Assembly (NCBI GenBank): GCA_951406725.2
Contig: OX597824.1
Span: forward strand, 86,676,001 to 86,740,000
Source: Octopus vulgaris
Taxonomy: Eukaryota
Reading direction: 5' to 3'
DNA length: 64,000 nucleotides
This document shows, piece after piece, positions 13,508-24,431 of the stretch (the stretch's first letter is position 1; every line of letters begins with the position of its first letter). The notes below the pieces were generated by a model that made no database searches, was not told the DNA's origin, and worked only from the letters and a program-made list of their open reading frames with translations. Both the position numbers and the translations under genes were made by a program.

Positions 13508-13858
13508 CTGAAGAGATAATCAAAAAGAAACAAGATGTTTAGATGTTACCAATGCTGGAAGTATTGACTTTTATTCCTGGAATAGAACTATATAAAAGAA
13601 ATTATATGAAATATGAAACAATATTCAAACAGTATTCAAATAAAATAGCTCTAAAATCTATATTACTCTTTTACTTGTTTCAGTCATTTGACTGAGGCCA
13701 TGCTGGAGCACCGCCTTTAGTCAAGCAAATCGACCCCGGGACTTATTCTTTGTAAGCCCAGTACTTATTCTATCGGTCTCTTTTGCCGAACTGCTAAGTG
13801 ACGGGGACGTAAACACACCAGCATCGGTTGTCAAGCAATGCTAGGGGGACAAACACAG

Positions 13859-13909
<51 letters not shown>

Positions 13910-14360
13910 TATACGACAGGCTTCTTTCAGTTTCCGTCTACCAAATCCACTCACAAGGCATTGGTTGGCCCGGGGCTATAGCAGAAGACACTTGCCCAAG
14001 ACGCCACGCAGTGGGACTGAACCTGGAACCATGTGGTTGGTAAGCAAGCCACTTACCACACAGCCACTCCTGCACCTATATACTTCTTTTTGTTGCTTTT
14101 TTCTCTTTAAAAATGGAATATTAAGTTCATAAATTTTAATCAAACAAAATACAATCTATCCATTTAATCTTTCAAAATAATCCAATTGATAAATCGTTTT
14201 AATGGTGTAACTTGAAGTAGATAAAGCTACAAATAGTAGTGTGTATGAGTTTTTTTAACCCAATATTCTCCAGGCTGTTATTTATTTATCTACTTCAAGT
14301 TAACCTGTTAAAAGTTATTTCATGTCTTGAGGTTTCTTAATTTTTATGACATAAACATAC

Positions 14361-14477
14361 CTGTGGTTCCAGGAGTCTTAGGTGTGCGACTGACTTCAAG
14401 CTTGGTGAGTTCAGAGAGCAACTAGCCTTTTGTTTTGAAATTGAATTCTTTTCATTTTCAATAAAGTCAAATAATTT
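14361..14477 (-). CDS. Hydrolase gene coding exon 2
   Basis: Poly-T+CAG acceptor; 117 nt open (KLFDFIENEK...LRLLEPQ); CAG|GTATGT donor; phase 0-0. Confidence 0.8.
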
Positions 14478-16856
14478 CTGGAAAAAAAAAATTAAATAAA
14501 ATCAACAAAACTGCTTAGAGTGAAAACTTGACTATGGTCCTGTAATAACTAAAACCATTTTTTATTATACTAAAATAAAAAAAAAACCATTGCCTTCACA
14601 AATTTGTCTTACAACTTATAACAGCAACTTCATGTCAGAGCTGTGCAATGAAAATTTCAACACTTCAGGAACTAAATTTAACAGCTTAGTGTGTTATCAA
14701 ATGGCTCTTTCGTGCAATTGGGAAGTAAATGAAGTGAGAATGGTTGTAAAAATCATGAGGGATTTGGAAGAGACGTTTAAAACAAGGATGGAGATGGAAG
14801 GACTTTGTATAGGAACTGAACAAGGAGCATTTGTGTGGGATTAACAACTAAAGGACAGGTAAGTGATGCTAGCGGATGGGGCCATTAGCATCACTTTCAT
14901 ATTATCATTTTCAAAATTCATTTTTCATTCGTTGTAATTGTGATGTTCTATGTCCCCAATGTTTGTAGTGTCCCCCTCTATGTGGCCCCTAGTGGGTAAT
15001 AAAGAAAACTCTTTCATGATGTAAGTGCTTCAGTTCCAACACACTGTTTCAGATGAAGTCCACTTGCAAGACAGGTATAACTCCCCAAACCCCCAAATGA
15101 CTTGTAACAACTAGAACACAGCATTATTTATTTTGATCTAGGTATTTATAATTCTTTGGAGTCATCATCATTTAATGTCTGTTTTCAAAGCTGGCGTGGA
15201 TTGGACTAAGAAATGAAAAATGAATAAGCACTGCATTGGGCCTAGATGTGGCAATGGAAAAAGAGACATAATAGGAATGTAATTAAATGGGAAAATGTCA
15301 TTCAAGAAACCTCAAGCCAATACTACAAAGCAATCATAAACCTTTCTTTAAAAAAACCTCTCTTCAATCATTGAAGTCTTCAATTCTATCGCCCCTACCT
15401 TTTCAAACAAGTACCACCGATAAGAGATATTTTAAATACTATTTTAACACAATTGTCTGAGGCACGTTTGTTCCGGTTTGATTTTTCAAACGTATGATCG
15501 CAGAGGCATTAGAATCAATTCTTTCAGGAAGAACCAGACGAAACCAACAGCAAAATGAACTCTGCGTCATTCTCTCGATGAGAAATCAAATAAAAACCCC
15601 AATATATATCAGGGATACAAAGCTGAGTATGAACTCCATATGTTAATTAGGAAAAAAAAATTAGTCTCATGCACGTACGGGAAAGACTTATTAATTATTA
15701 ATTTGGACAGTTTTGTAGTCAATACTAAACATGCAAACCTATGGAAGAATTTTAGCTTTCACTGTTAAAACCAGAGTTTGCAATAATGTTTTATCAACGT
15801 TCATTCGATGTTGTTGAAAGGAGCTGATTCACTTTTCATTCTCAACAAGAGAAGAACCTGCGAAGATTAAAACTGTTGATACGATTCCCATGGTGAAAAG
15901 ACGACTAACTTCATATAGTTCTTGTTTAAAATTTACAAATCCTTTCCTCCGAAATCGGTTGTCTTCTATAAAGAAAAGAACTACAAGTTTTCTTTAGGAA
16001 CATGAAAAAGTAAATTTGTCAGAATGGAGTTAAACTGCAATAGAACTAATTGAAGATGAATAAAATTTTCGAATATGAAATATTAATTATGTATAAAAAT
16101 TATCTAAATCAGTGTGGGAACAAATATAATAGATAAATGAATATTTCGTTTTGGGATTTGGTTTGCAAGATTCTTTATATGAGTTCGTGTGTTGAAGCAT
16201 ATTCTGTTGTGTCTGGGGAGAGTCTTTCTTTTTGGGCCTTATAATTTAACACACTTACCGATGAGTGTGTTAAATTATAAGGCACAAAAAGAAAAGATCT
16301 CTCCCCAGACACAACAGAAGATAAATAAATAAATTTAGGGATATTCTAGGTAAATATTTCTCTTCCCCAAATACCGGTTGACCATACCAAAATAGTAAAA
16401 AAAAACACACGCACACAAACAATAAAAACAATGGGTAATCAGAGTAAATGTTTTGTAATATAAAATAAGAAATAAAACAGAAGGAACTATTCGTTTTATG
16501 ATTTTAGTTACAAACAAATTTCGAAAACATTGGACAGGTTTCTTTGGTTTTAACGTCCGTGTTTGATCAGGGAAGAAGGAACACAGTTTATTTATCGCGA
16601 TTTAGTAGGATTCTGAAATATTGTTTTAAAGAAAATAGCGTGAAAGAACACATGGATTAAAACTAAGAAAATTGTAATTCATAAGTGAGAAGCACTGAAC
16701 GAAATAAATAGTGAAAAGCGTCGTTTCTTGCTGTCTGCTATCGTGCGCCATCTCCCAAAAACGCGATGAATGAAACAACAGCGAATGATTGAAATATGTT
16801 TAACACTGAAATAGATATACTTGATTTCGTTGAAAATTACCGAGTAAAGTACTAAC

Positions 16857-16952
16857 CATAATTTCTTTCTTTTTGCTTTTGGAGGCCTTTAGTGAACATA
16901 AAAGCCAACCGCAAATTAAGATAAACCATAAAACATGTTTCTCATTCTTCAT
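16857..16952 (-). CDS. Secreted TPR-like + alpha/beta-hydrolase protein, coding exon 1 (signal peptide)
   Basis: ATG at 16952 gives MKNEKHVLWFILICGWLLCSLKASKSKKKEIM: basic N-region, hydrophobic core, possible cleavage after LKA. Followed by a GTTAGT donor in phase 0, matching the next exon. Confidence 0.75.
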
Positions 16953-17199
16953 TTTTATCTTGTTTACGTATGAAAATCAAGCGGTGTTCAACGAAAATAG
17001 TTACCACTTAATTAATAATCTGACGTTCAGGCGAATTAAGATAAGTATATAAGGTTGTGATTAAGTTTAATTCGAATTATTATATATAAACTATTTATTC
17101 GGGTTTTCTTTTTCGTTTTTTTTCTAATGCTTTGTTTTCTTATGTGTTTAAGAAAAAAGTTCTAGTCTAAGGTTAAATTAATTGTATATAAAATATAAG

Positions 17200-17477
17200 C
17201 AGATAAGACCGAACATGTCGCTAGAAGTGGGATCACCAAGCGCAGATTGGCATATTTCGGTCATATTATGCGGAGAGAGTCCCTGGAGACGGACATCATG
17301 CTCGGAATGGTCAGCGGCAAGAGAGGAAGAGGCCGACCAAGAACCCGTTGGCTTGACACCATCAGGAGTGATACTGGAATGGACATGGCCAATCTGAAGG
17401 AAGCGGCCCAGGATAGAACTGACTGGAGGACACTGATCCAACGAGTGACCGAGAGTCGACTTCGACTGAGCGGATGA
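17200..17477 (+). mobile_element. RTE-clade LINE 3' end (5'-truncated)
   Basis: YFGHIMRRESLETDIMLGMVSGKRGRGRPRTRWLD..QDRTDWR is the typical RTE/BovB-like ORF C-terminus. Confidence 0.88.
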
Positions 17478-18265
17478 TATCTCTCGATCTATCTATTGAT
17501 AAAATATATTTTAGTAAATTTTTAAATGATACCATACGAACTCGTATAACATTTTTGTCTTTTATTTGTCCTATTCTGTATAAGATCGTCCTGATCATAA
17601 TAAAGATTCCATTATTATATATTTCACTAGCAGCTAAGCCCGGTTTCACCCGGTCTGTTTGGATGATGTGGCTGTGATCGTTTTCGATTAGGCATAATCT
17701 ATAACAGCGTTTGTCAACCTTATCATTTTGGGTCCCCTGTTTCAATTGGAACCTCCAACTATATGAAAATTTCCTGACCCCACCCCGTCTGAAAACAGCT
17801 TCTAAGCAACTGGTTGTTTTAATGGCAGAAGAAAGAGGGAAATTCCAATAGAAAACGTTTTAATCGATTTTCTTGGTAAGTATGGGATGTTAGGAAAAAA
17901 TACAAACTGCATTCCAATCTATGCACCCGACTCCACATGTGTGCCATTTTTCACTCGAATCCACCCAGCCGTTTGACAGGAAAGAGAACAACGATCGCCC
18001 ATGTCCAATTTATATTATAGATTATCAATTGTAAATATCTAGAAAGAAACAGATATATGTACAGTTTCAGAATAATGCAAATCTAAAGAAAAAGAATTCA
18101 GAAATTCTCAAGGTTGTGAAAAACGTGGCACAGTAGTTTGGGAGATGTGGGTGACAACGCAAGTTAGGAGGAGCAGAAGACTATATCTGAACATTGGTAC
18201 AATGCACAAGGCAGATCAGAATAAGGCAGTATTCAATGGGTTTCATTCATGGGTTGATAATTTTT

Positions 18266-18851
18266 GGATCTTTTCGGTTTGAACGGCAGTTTTTAACATA
18301 ATTTCTACATAACTAAAAAATTTTAAACTTCGTATACTGGTAGAATGTGTTTATAAAACATCTTTTTCTCTTGGCTTTATTGAGAAAATTCTATAGGTTG
18401 TAAATTTTTTTTTTTCAATTTCAACCAATCACTGACGTCTATTGAGGTAAAAAGAAACATTCTGTGTCGTGTGAATATGTCCCTCTTTTAAGAAACAGGT
18501 TTATTTACATTTTTGAAGAAAAAAAGATACCCTTCCCCCAACCCTAACCCTAAAACAGATTGAAATGCAATAGATCAATACTAGGATCATAATTATGGGT
18601 GACAATTTCATATGACACTGATAGAAAAAGGCACAGAATGTTTTCAACTCAATAGACGTCATTGATTGGTTGGAATTGCAGAAATTGAAGAAAAAAAACC
18701 CAACAAATATCTTACAAACTATGGAATTCTCTCAATAAAGCCAAGAGAAAAAGATGTTTTATAAACACATTCTACCAGTATACGAAGTTTAAAAGTGTTT
18801 AGTTACGTGGAAATTATTTTTAAAAAACTGCCGTTCAAACCGAAAAGATCC
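18266..18851. mobile_element. Long-TIR MITE / fold-back element (superfamily unassigned)
   Basis: Inverted arms of about 200 bp: GGATCTTTTCGGTTTGAACGGCAG... / ...CTGCCGTTCAAACCGAAAAGATCC. Confidence 0.8.
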
Positions 18852-19216
18852 AAGTACTATTACTAATAAGTAATCGAAAAACGCTTTTACTTCCTACTTA
18901 TCAATATCAAAGCTCCACTGGCATTTAATAATTTAAACCCTAATTTAAGTTTTAAAGTGTTTAGTTACGTGGAAATTATTTTAAAAAACTGCCGTTCAAA
19001 CCGAAAAGATCCAAGTATTATTACTAATAAGTAATCGAAAAACGCTTTTACTTCCTACTTATCAATATCAAAGCTCTACTGAGAGTCACTAATTTAAACC
19101 CTAATTCAAACAGCTGAAGGAAAGATCAAGTCAGCTGTTTAAGGGAGGTAACTTCATAGCAGAAATAAACAATAAAGGGAAAAGGCGGGAAACGGTGTTG
19201 GCCATTCTTTGCAATC

Positions 19217-19222
19217 ATGGGG
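19217..19222 (+). CDS. NAA40: NAA40 coding exon 1 (Met-Gly)
   Basis: ATGGGG|GTGAGT; joins in phase 0 to give the MGRR.. N-terminus expected for NAA40. Confidence 0.8.
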
Positions 19223-20166
19223 GTGAGTATTAGCCTTGTAGTCTTTATTGTATTAATTCTAGGGATTCATCTAAAATTTGGACATCAATTTTTAATATTC
19301 CGTTTTATTATCCTTTATTTTACAATATCTGTAGCTGATAGTTAGTTTGTTTCATCACTCGATGGTACAAATGGTATTGATTCATAGTGTTATAGGAAAA
19401 ATTTACATCGTATTTATTTCATTGTTAGAAAAAAAGTTTTCCCTTATAGTGTGCTATTTCATTGATAAAAAAGATCTCCAATACATTATGCAAATACTAT
19501 TAAATATTGCATGCTTAAATTCTGTCGCTAATGTTTCGAAATGTAACTTTCCCGCGCTAATGTTGACAATAATATAAGAAATTTTGGGACATTTAAAATT
19601 TTTTTTTTGTATTGGCTCTATAAATGTATTTCTCTGCAAAATATACCAAATGTAGAAATGTTGTGATTGTTCACGTTTCTTTCGCCGATTGATTACGATT
19701 CTTCAATGTCCATTATTCTTGGGGTTTGTACAGATTCCCTCAAATGGTTCCACAAATATCTGATCTGCAGATGCGATACGTAGATTCATTGTCAATGTAC
19801 CTCGGACTCGGTGGTTTGTTTCGGGTCTTACAACAAGGCTTAGGTTGAACGAACAAGCCTTGGTTCGGGTCCAAACGGCCTTCTGCTGACCCCTACCAAT
19901 CACTACTTTCGGCTGCAGCCATCTAGATCCTTTTTTTTTCAGCAGCCTCTGCACTGTTCTTGGTGGTTTTTCTGCCACTTCAAATATTTATACAGCCGGA
20001 ATAATATCGTCAAAAGCACAGGTAATAAACTTAGGGGTACTGTTTACGGTCAAACTAAAGGGTCTGATCCGGGCATAAGAACAAAAAGAAAGTGTAATAG
20101 GAGTACAACAACTTGTTCTAAACGAATATGCCCGGGTCAGACCCTTTAGTTACTCTTCTTAAATAG

Positions 20167-20402
20167 GGTACTACTTGAGAGCAGTGGTCCCGGTGCGCGC
20201 ACTCGCGTAGTGGCGCATCCGCACTAGCTAGTCATGACTAGTCGATCCTTACTTTGTGTTTTTGTGTTTTATTTACTTTGTGTAAAAAAAAATTTGTGTT
20301 TTATTTTCTTTGCAATGTAGTCGTTGTAGGATCGACTAGTCACGACTAGCTAGTGCGGATACGCGAGTGCGCGCACCGGGACCACTGTTCTCAAGTAGTA
20401 CC
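20167..20402. mobile_element. Mutator-like (MULE) MITE
   Basis: Near-perfect TIRs of about 75-80 bp starting GGTACTACTTGAGA; 9-bp TSD CTTAAATAG (20158-20166, 20403-20411). Confidence 0.8.
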
Positions 20403-20817
20403 CTTAAATAGTACCAAACTTAGGTTAGACAGTGATTTTGGACCATTCATTATGACGTGAATCAGTTGAAACCAAGGAAACTAGTGATGATCAACGTTGG
20501 CACTTTGGCAAATAGTACAGAAAATTCCCCAACGAAAGTTAGAGAATATCAACATTTCGGGAAGAATACTTCAGACAGGGAGGCTGTGCCACTCAGTTGT
20601 TCAAGTGAATGACGCAATTTTTCATTGAGAGATGTTGTCAATCTTCCGTAGGCTTCGTCTGCGACAGATTTTGACCGTAACTCTTCAAGCTCAAGTAAGC
20701 CAACCATCCACGCTATATACCTCGTTGCAATACGGAGCTGGTCATCTTGCGTTATCTAAATAGGTTATCTGAGTCGTCGAACATTAAACCGGGTTGTCCA
20801 CATATGTTTTATTCATT

Positions 20818-21440
20818 GTGGAGGCACATGGCCTAGTGGTTAGAGCAGCGGACTTGCGGTCGAAGGATCGCGGGTTTGAAACGCAGACCGGGCGATGTGT
20901 GAGTTTATAAGTGAAACACCTAGGCTCCACGTGGCTCCTCAGAAGGTAATGGTGAACTTCTGCTGACTCTTTTGCCACAACTTTCTCTCACTATTTCCTC
21001 CTGCATCTCGCAGCTCACCTGTGACGGACCAGCGTCTCGTCCATGTGGGGAACCTATACGCCAAGGAAACCGGGAAACCGGCCCTTATGAGCCAGTCGAA
21101 CATTAAACCGGGTTGTCCACATGTTTTATTTATTGTGGAGGCACATGGCCTAGTGGTTAGAGCAGTGGACTTGCAGTCGAAGGATCGCGGGTTCGAATCT
21201 CAGACTGGGCGATGTGTGAGTTTATGAGCGAAACACCTAAGCTCCATATGGCTCTGACAGAAGATAATGGCGAACTTCTGCTGACTCTTCTGCCACAACT
21301 TTCTCTCACTCTTTCCTCCTGCATCTTGCAGCTCACCTGCGACGGACCGGCGTCCCGTCCAGGTGGGGAACCTATACGCCAAGGAAACCGGGAAACTGGC
21401 CCTTATGAGCCAGGCATGGCTCGAGAAGGAAGGAAACATA
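20818..21440 (+). mobile_element. tRNA-derived SINE family C, two tandem copies
   Basis: GGCCTAGTGGTTAGAGC (A box) and GGTTCGAATC (B box). Related copies at 265-845(-), 10965-11215(+), 24440-24735(-), 44620-44990(-), 52762-52935(-). Confidence 0.85.
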
Positions 21441-21546
21441 TGCTTTATTGTCGTAGAGTCTATGACGTAGACTGTGTGGGGTCACAAGGTTTTTTTCTTC
21501 TTTTTGTCTTATTGGATGTTCTCATTTTAGAAAAAATATGAAATCA

Positions 21547-21946
21547 AGGCGCAGGAGTGGCTGTGAGGTAAGTAGCTTGCTTCCCAATCACATGGTTCCA
21601 GGTTCAGTCCCACTGCGTGGCATCTTGGGCAAGTGTCTTCTACTATAGCCTCGGGCCGACCAAAGCCTTGTGAGTGGATTTGGTAGACGGAAACTGAAAG
21701 AAGCCCGTCGTATATATGTATATATATATATATATATGTGTTTGTGTGTCTGTGTTTGTCCCCCTAGCATTGCTTGATAACCGATGCTGGTGTGTTTGTG
21801 TGTCTGTTACTTAGCGGTTCGGCAAAAGAGACCGATAGAATAAGTACTGGGCTTACAAAAGAATAAGTCCCGGGGTCGAGTTGCTCGATTAAAGGCGGTG
21901 CTCCAGCATGGCCGCAGTCAAATGACTGAAACAAGTAAAAGAGTAA
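21547..21946 (+). mobile_element. tRNA-headed SINE, family A (full-length representative)
   Basis: A/B-box-like head (GGCTGTGnGGTAAG...GGTTCAGTCCC), internal TA/TG microsatellite, tail ...GACTGAAACAAGTAAAAGAGT. Other copies near 1185-1613(-), 13663-14078(-), 27788-28154(+), 32490-32858(+), 33548-33890(-), 42184-42583(+), 45186-45885(-), 50221-50600(+). Confidence 0.88.
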
Positions 21947-22421
21947 GGAAACAAAAATAAAAATAAAAAAAGGATGAAGGTTAAACAACGAAAGATATTG
22001 GGGTAGGGAGTAACAGGCTGTGCACCCGAGTCCCAATAGCATGTTCTGCCGCACGTCATGGACATAAATAGCAAAGGCACTGCCTCGGAAATGGCCAGTG
22101 TCTTTAGCTGCAACTGCTCCCCTACCTTGCAGGGCTCATTTCTCAGACGAGCCGCTGTCATCCCAATTTTATGGAGGAAATCGGTAGTGCGGGGTCTGAG
22201 AACATCTGAGTTTTCAACACGACCAGTACAAACAAATAGCGGCCGAGTGCAAATTTTCAAATTTGGTGTATTGATGTAATTTATCATGCTGAATCTCAGG
22301 ACTGAACCTGGAGCCACGTGGTTGGGAAGCAAGCTTCTTACTGCACAGCTATTGATTGCTGTATTCCAAGTATATCCTAAACACAGGTTGATTTTTCTTT
22401 TCTTTTTTTGTCTTGTTTCAG

Positions 22422-22466
22422 AGAAGAACTGCTAAATCAAAAGAAAAAAGACAGAAAAAACAGCAG
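22422..22466 (+). CDS. NAA40: NAA40 coding exon 2
   Basis: TTTCAG acceptor; RRTAKSKEKRQKKQQ (basic N-terminus like human RKSSKAKEKKQK); CAG|GTATGG. Confidence 0.88.
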
Positions 22467-22603
22467 GTATGGAACCATGGTGTCAACCACCGTCACTGAA
22501 AAAGCTGTTTTGTTGATTAAGCATTTATTTGTCTCTTCATATGCTATTGAAATTCACAAATTTAACTGCCCCCCGCCTAATTCTTTGTGTTTTTGTTTAT
22601 ATC

Positions 22604-22916
22604 TCTGTTGTGTCTGGGGAGAGTCATTTTCTTTTTGTGGCTTATAATTTAACACACTCACTGGTAAAATTTCCACTTATTTCTTATTTTTATTTTCCTA
22701 AAATTTTCATTGCGTCTTGCAACCTTTTCAATAGTCTTGACTCAAGACTATTGAAAAGGTTGCAGGGAAAATAAAAATATGAAAAAAGTGGAAATTTTAC
22801 CAGTGAGTGTGTTACATTATAAGGCACAAAAAGAAAATGACTCACCCCAGACCCAGCAAAATATGCTTCAACACACGAACTCATATAAAGAATCTTGCAA
22901 ACCAAATCCAAAAACG
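22604..22916. mobile_element. Fold-back copy of a dispersed (probably Penelope-derived) repeat
   Basis: Inverted arms centred near 22740; same family at 5857-5997, 16147-16320, 34958-35236 and 62151-62350. Confidence 0.7.
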
Positions 22917-24037
22917 TTTATATCTCTATTTTCATCGGAAATCCACTGTTTAGTTTTAGATAGGAGGCCACATTCTAGAATTCTCTTGAGATAAAATATA
23001 ACTTTCTACAACTAAGAGATTCTGAACTTGGGTTCACTGGAATAGTTTTTTATATATGTTTAGTGCGGGTGGCACGTAAAAAGCACCCACTACACTCACG
23101 GAGTGGTTGGCGTTAGGAAGGGCATCTAGCCGTAGAAACACTGCCAGATCAGACTGGGCCTGGTGCAGCCTTCAGGTTTCCCAGACCCCAGTTGAACCGT
23201 CCAACCCATGCTAGCATGGAAAGCGGATGCTAAATGATGATGATGATGATGATGATTATTGCATAAAGTATCCATTCCCTTCGCAGATTCATTATGATAC
23301 TCTAAGGCAGTGAACTGGCAGAATCATTAGCACACCAGGCGAGATGCTTAGCAGTATTTCGTCTGCCATTACGTTCTGAGTTCAAATTCCGCCGAGGTCG
23401 ACTTTGCCTTTCATCCTTTCGGGGTCGATTAAATAAGTACCAGTTACGCACTGGGGTCGATGTAATCGACTTAATCCGTTTGTCTCTCCTTGTTTGACCT
23501 CTCTGTGTTTAGCCCCTTGTGGGTAGTAAAGAAATCATTCTGGGTTCAAATTCCGCCGAGGTCGACTTTGCCTTTCATCCTTTCGGGGTCGATTAAATAA
23601 GTACCAGTTACGCACTGGGGTCGATGTAATCGACTAGCCCCTCCCCACAAATTTCAGGCCTTGTGCCTTTCGTAGAACAAATTATTATATTATACTCTTT
23701 AAGTCAAGGGAGGTAACAACCCATGTGCAGAAAGAGATAGTGAAAGAAAGGAGGAAACAGAAAAAAATAAATTTAAAAAAGTACACAAGAAAGAGAGACA
23801 GACGGTTTATATTATTCTGTGTTTGTGTGTTCAAATCACACACAATTGAAATCACATGAATGTATAACAACTGCAGTAATACATACAAGTTGGGCTGAAA
23901 ACTTGTTCACCGCCCCCTCATATCATTTTCTAGTCTGGTCATGAAACTGATGATGATGATAGTGGTGAAAATAAGACAGCAAGGTTTTGGCTTGTAAACT
24001 TAGGAATTGACTTGTTTTTGTTTTTTTTGTTTTTTAG

Positions 24038-24088
24038 GAAATTTCTCGTTTAAAAGCATCAATTGCAAAAGTTGAAGCTGCTAATAAG
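24038..24088 (+). CDS. NAA40: NAA40 coding exon 3
   Basis: TTTTTAG acceptor; EISRLKASIAKVEAANK; AAG|GTATGT. Confidence 0.88.
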
Positions 24089-24399
24089 GTATGTTATTAA
24101 ATTTGTTCTTTCTTTGCACCCTTTTCAAGCCTAGCCTGACTCATGGGCCCGGTTTCTGTGGTGATGCAGATATATATATATATAAGTGTAAGATCCAAGG
24201 ATCGAGATGTAGGAAGAAGGTGAGCTTCAAACAATCCACAGAAAATATAAAAAACAGCTTCCAGGAGCAGAAGGTTGTGGATTTGTCCCTTATCAAAATA
24301 TAATAATCTGAAAGAAATTATTTTATATTATACGGTAGCAGCCATTTTTCAGGTATGTGAATGAAAATATAAGAGTTAAGGAATGGAATAGATAAAATC

Positions 24400-24431
<32 letters not shown>

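Larger units (their letters stand above)
16953..19216. promoter_or_regulatory. Divergent intergenic / putative bidirectional promoter region
   Basis: Lies between the outward-facing ATGs of the two genes; transcription start sites not determined. Confidence 0.45.

Noticed and set aside
15399-15915. Extra coding exons of the minus-strand gene
   Set aside because: Splice-like sites exist, but the frames compatible with the phase-0 junction contain stop codons. Exon 16857-16952 fits without them.
18538-18556. Telomere-like CCCTAA repeats
   Set aside because: Only about 2-3 units inside a MITE; not an interstitial telomere array.
20818-20895. tRNA genes at SINE heads (also about 770-845, 10970-11040, 34390-34450)
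   Set aside because: A/B boxes are present, but there is no complete cloverleaf or acceptor stem, and each continues into a dispersed SINE body.
21889-22332. 147-aa ORF and GC-richer patch in NAA40 intron 1 (similar patch at 19703-19978)
   Set aside because: No recognisable domain and no convincing splice sites; partly overlaps SINE sequence.
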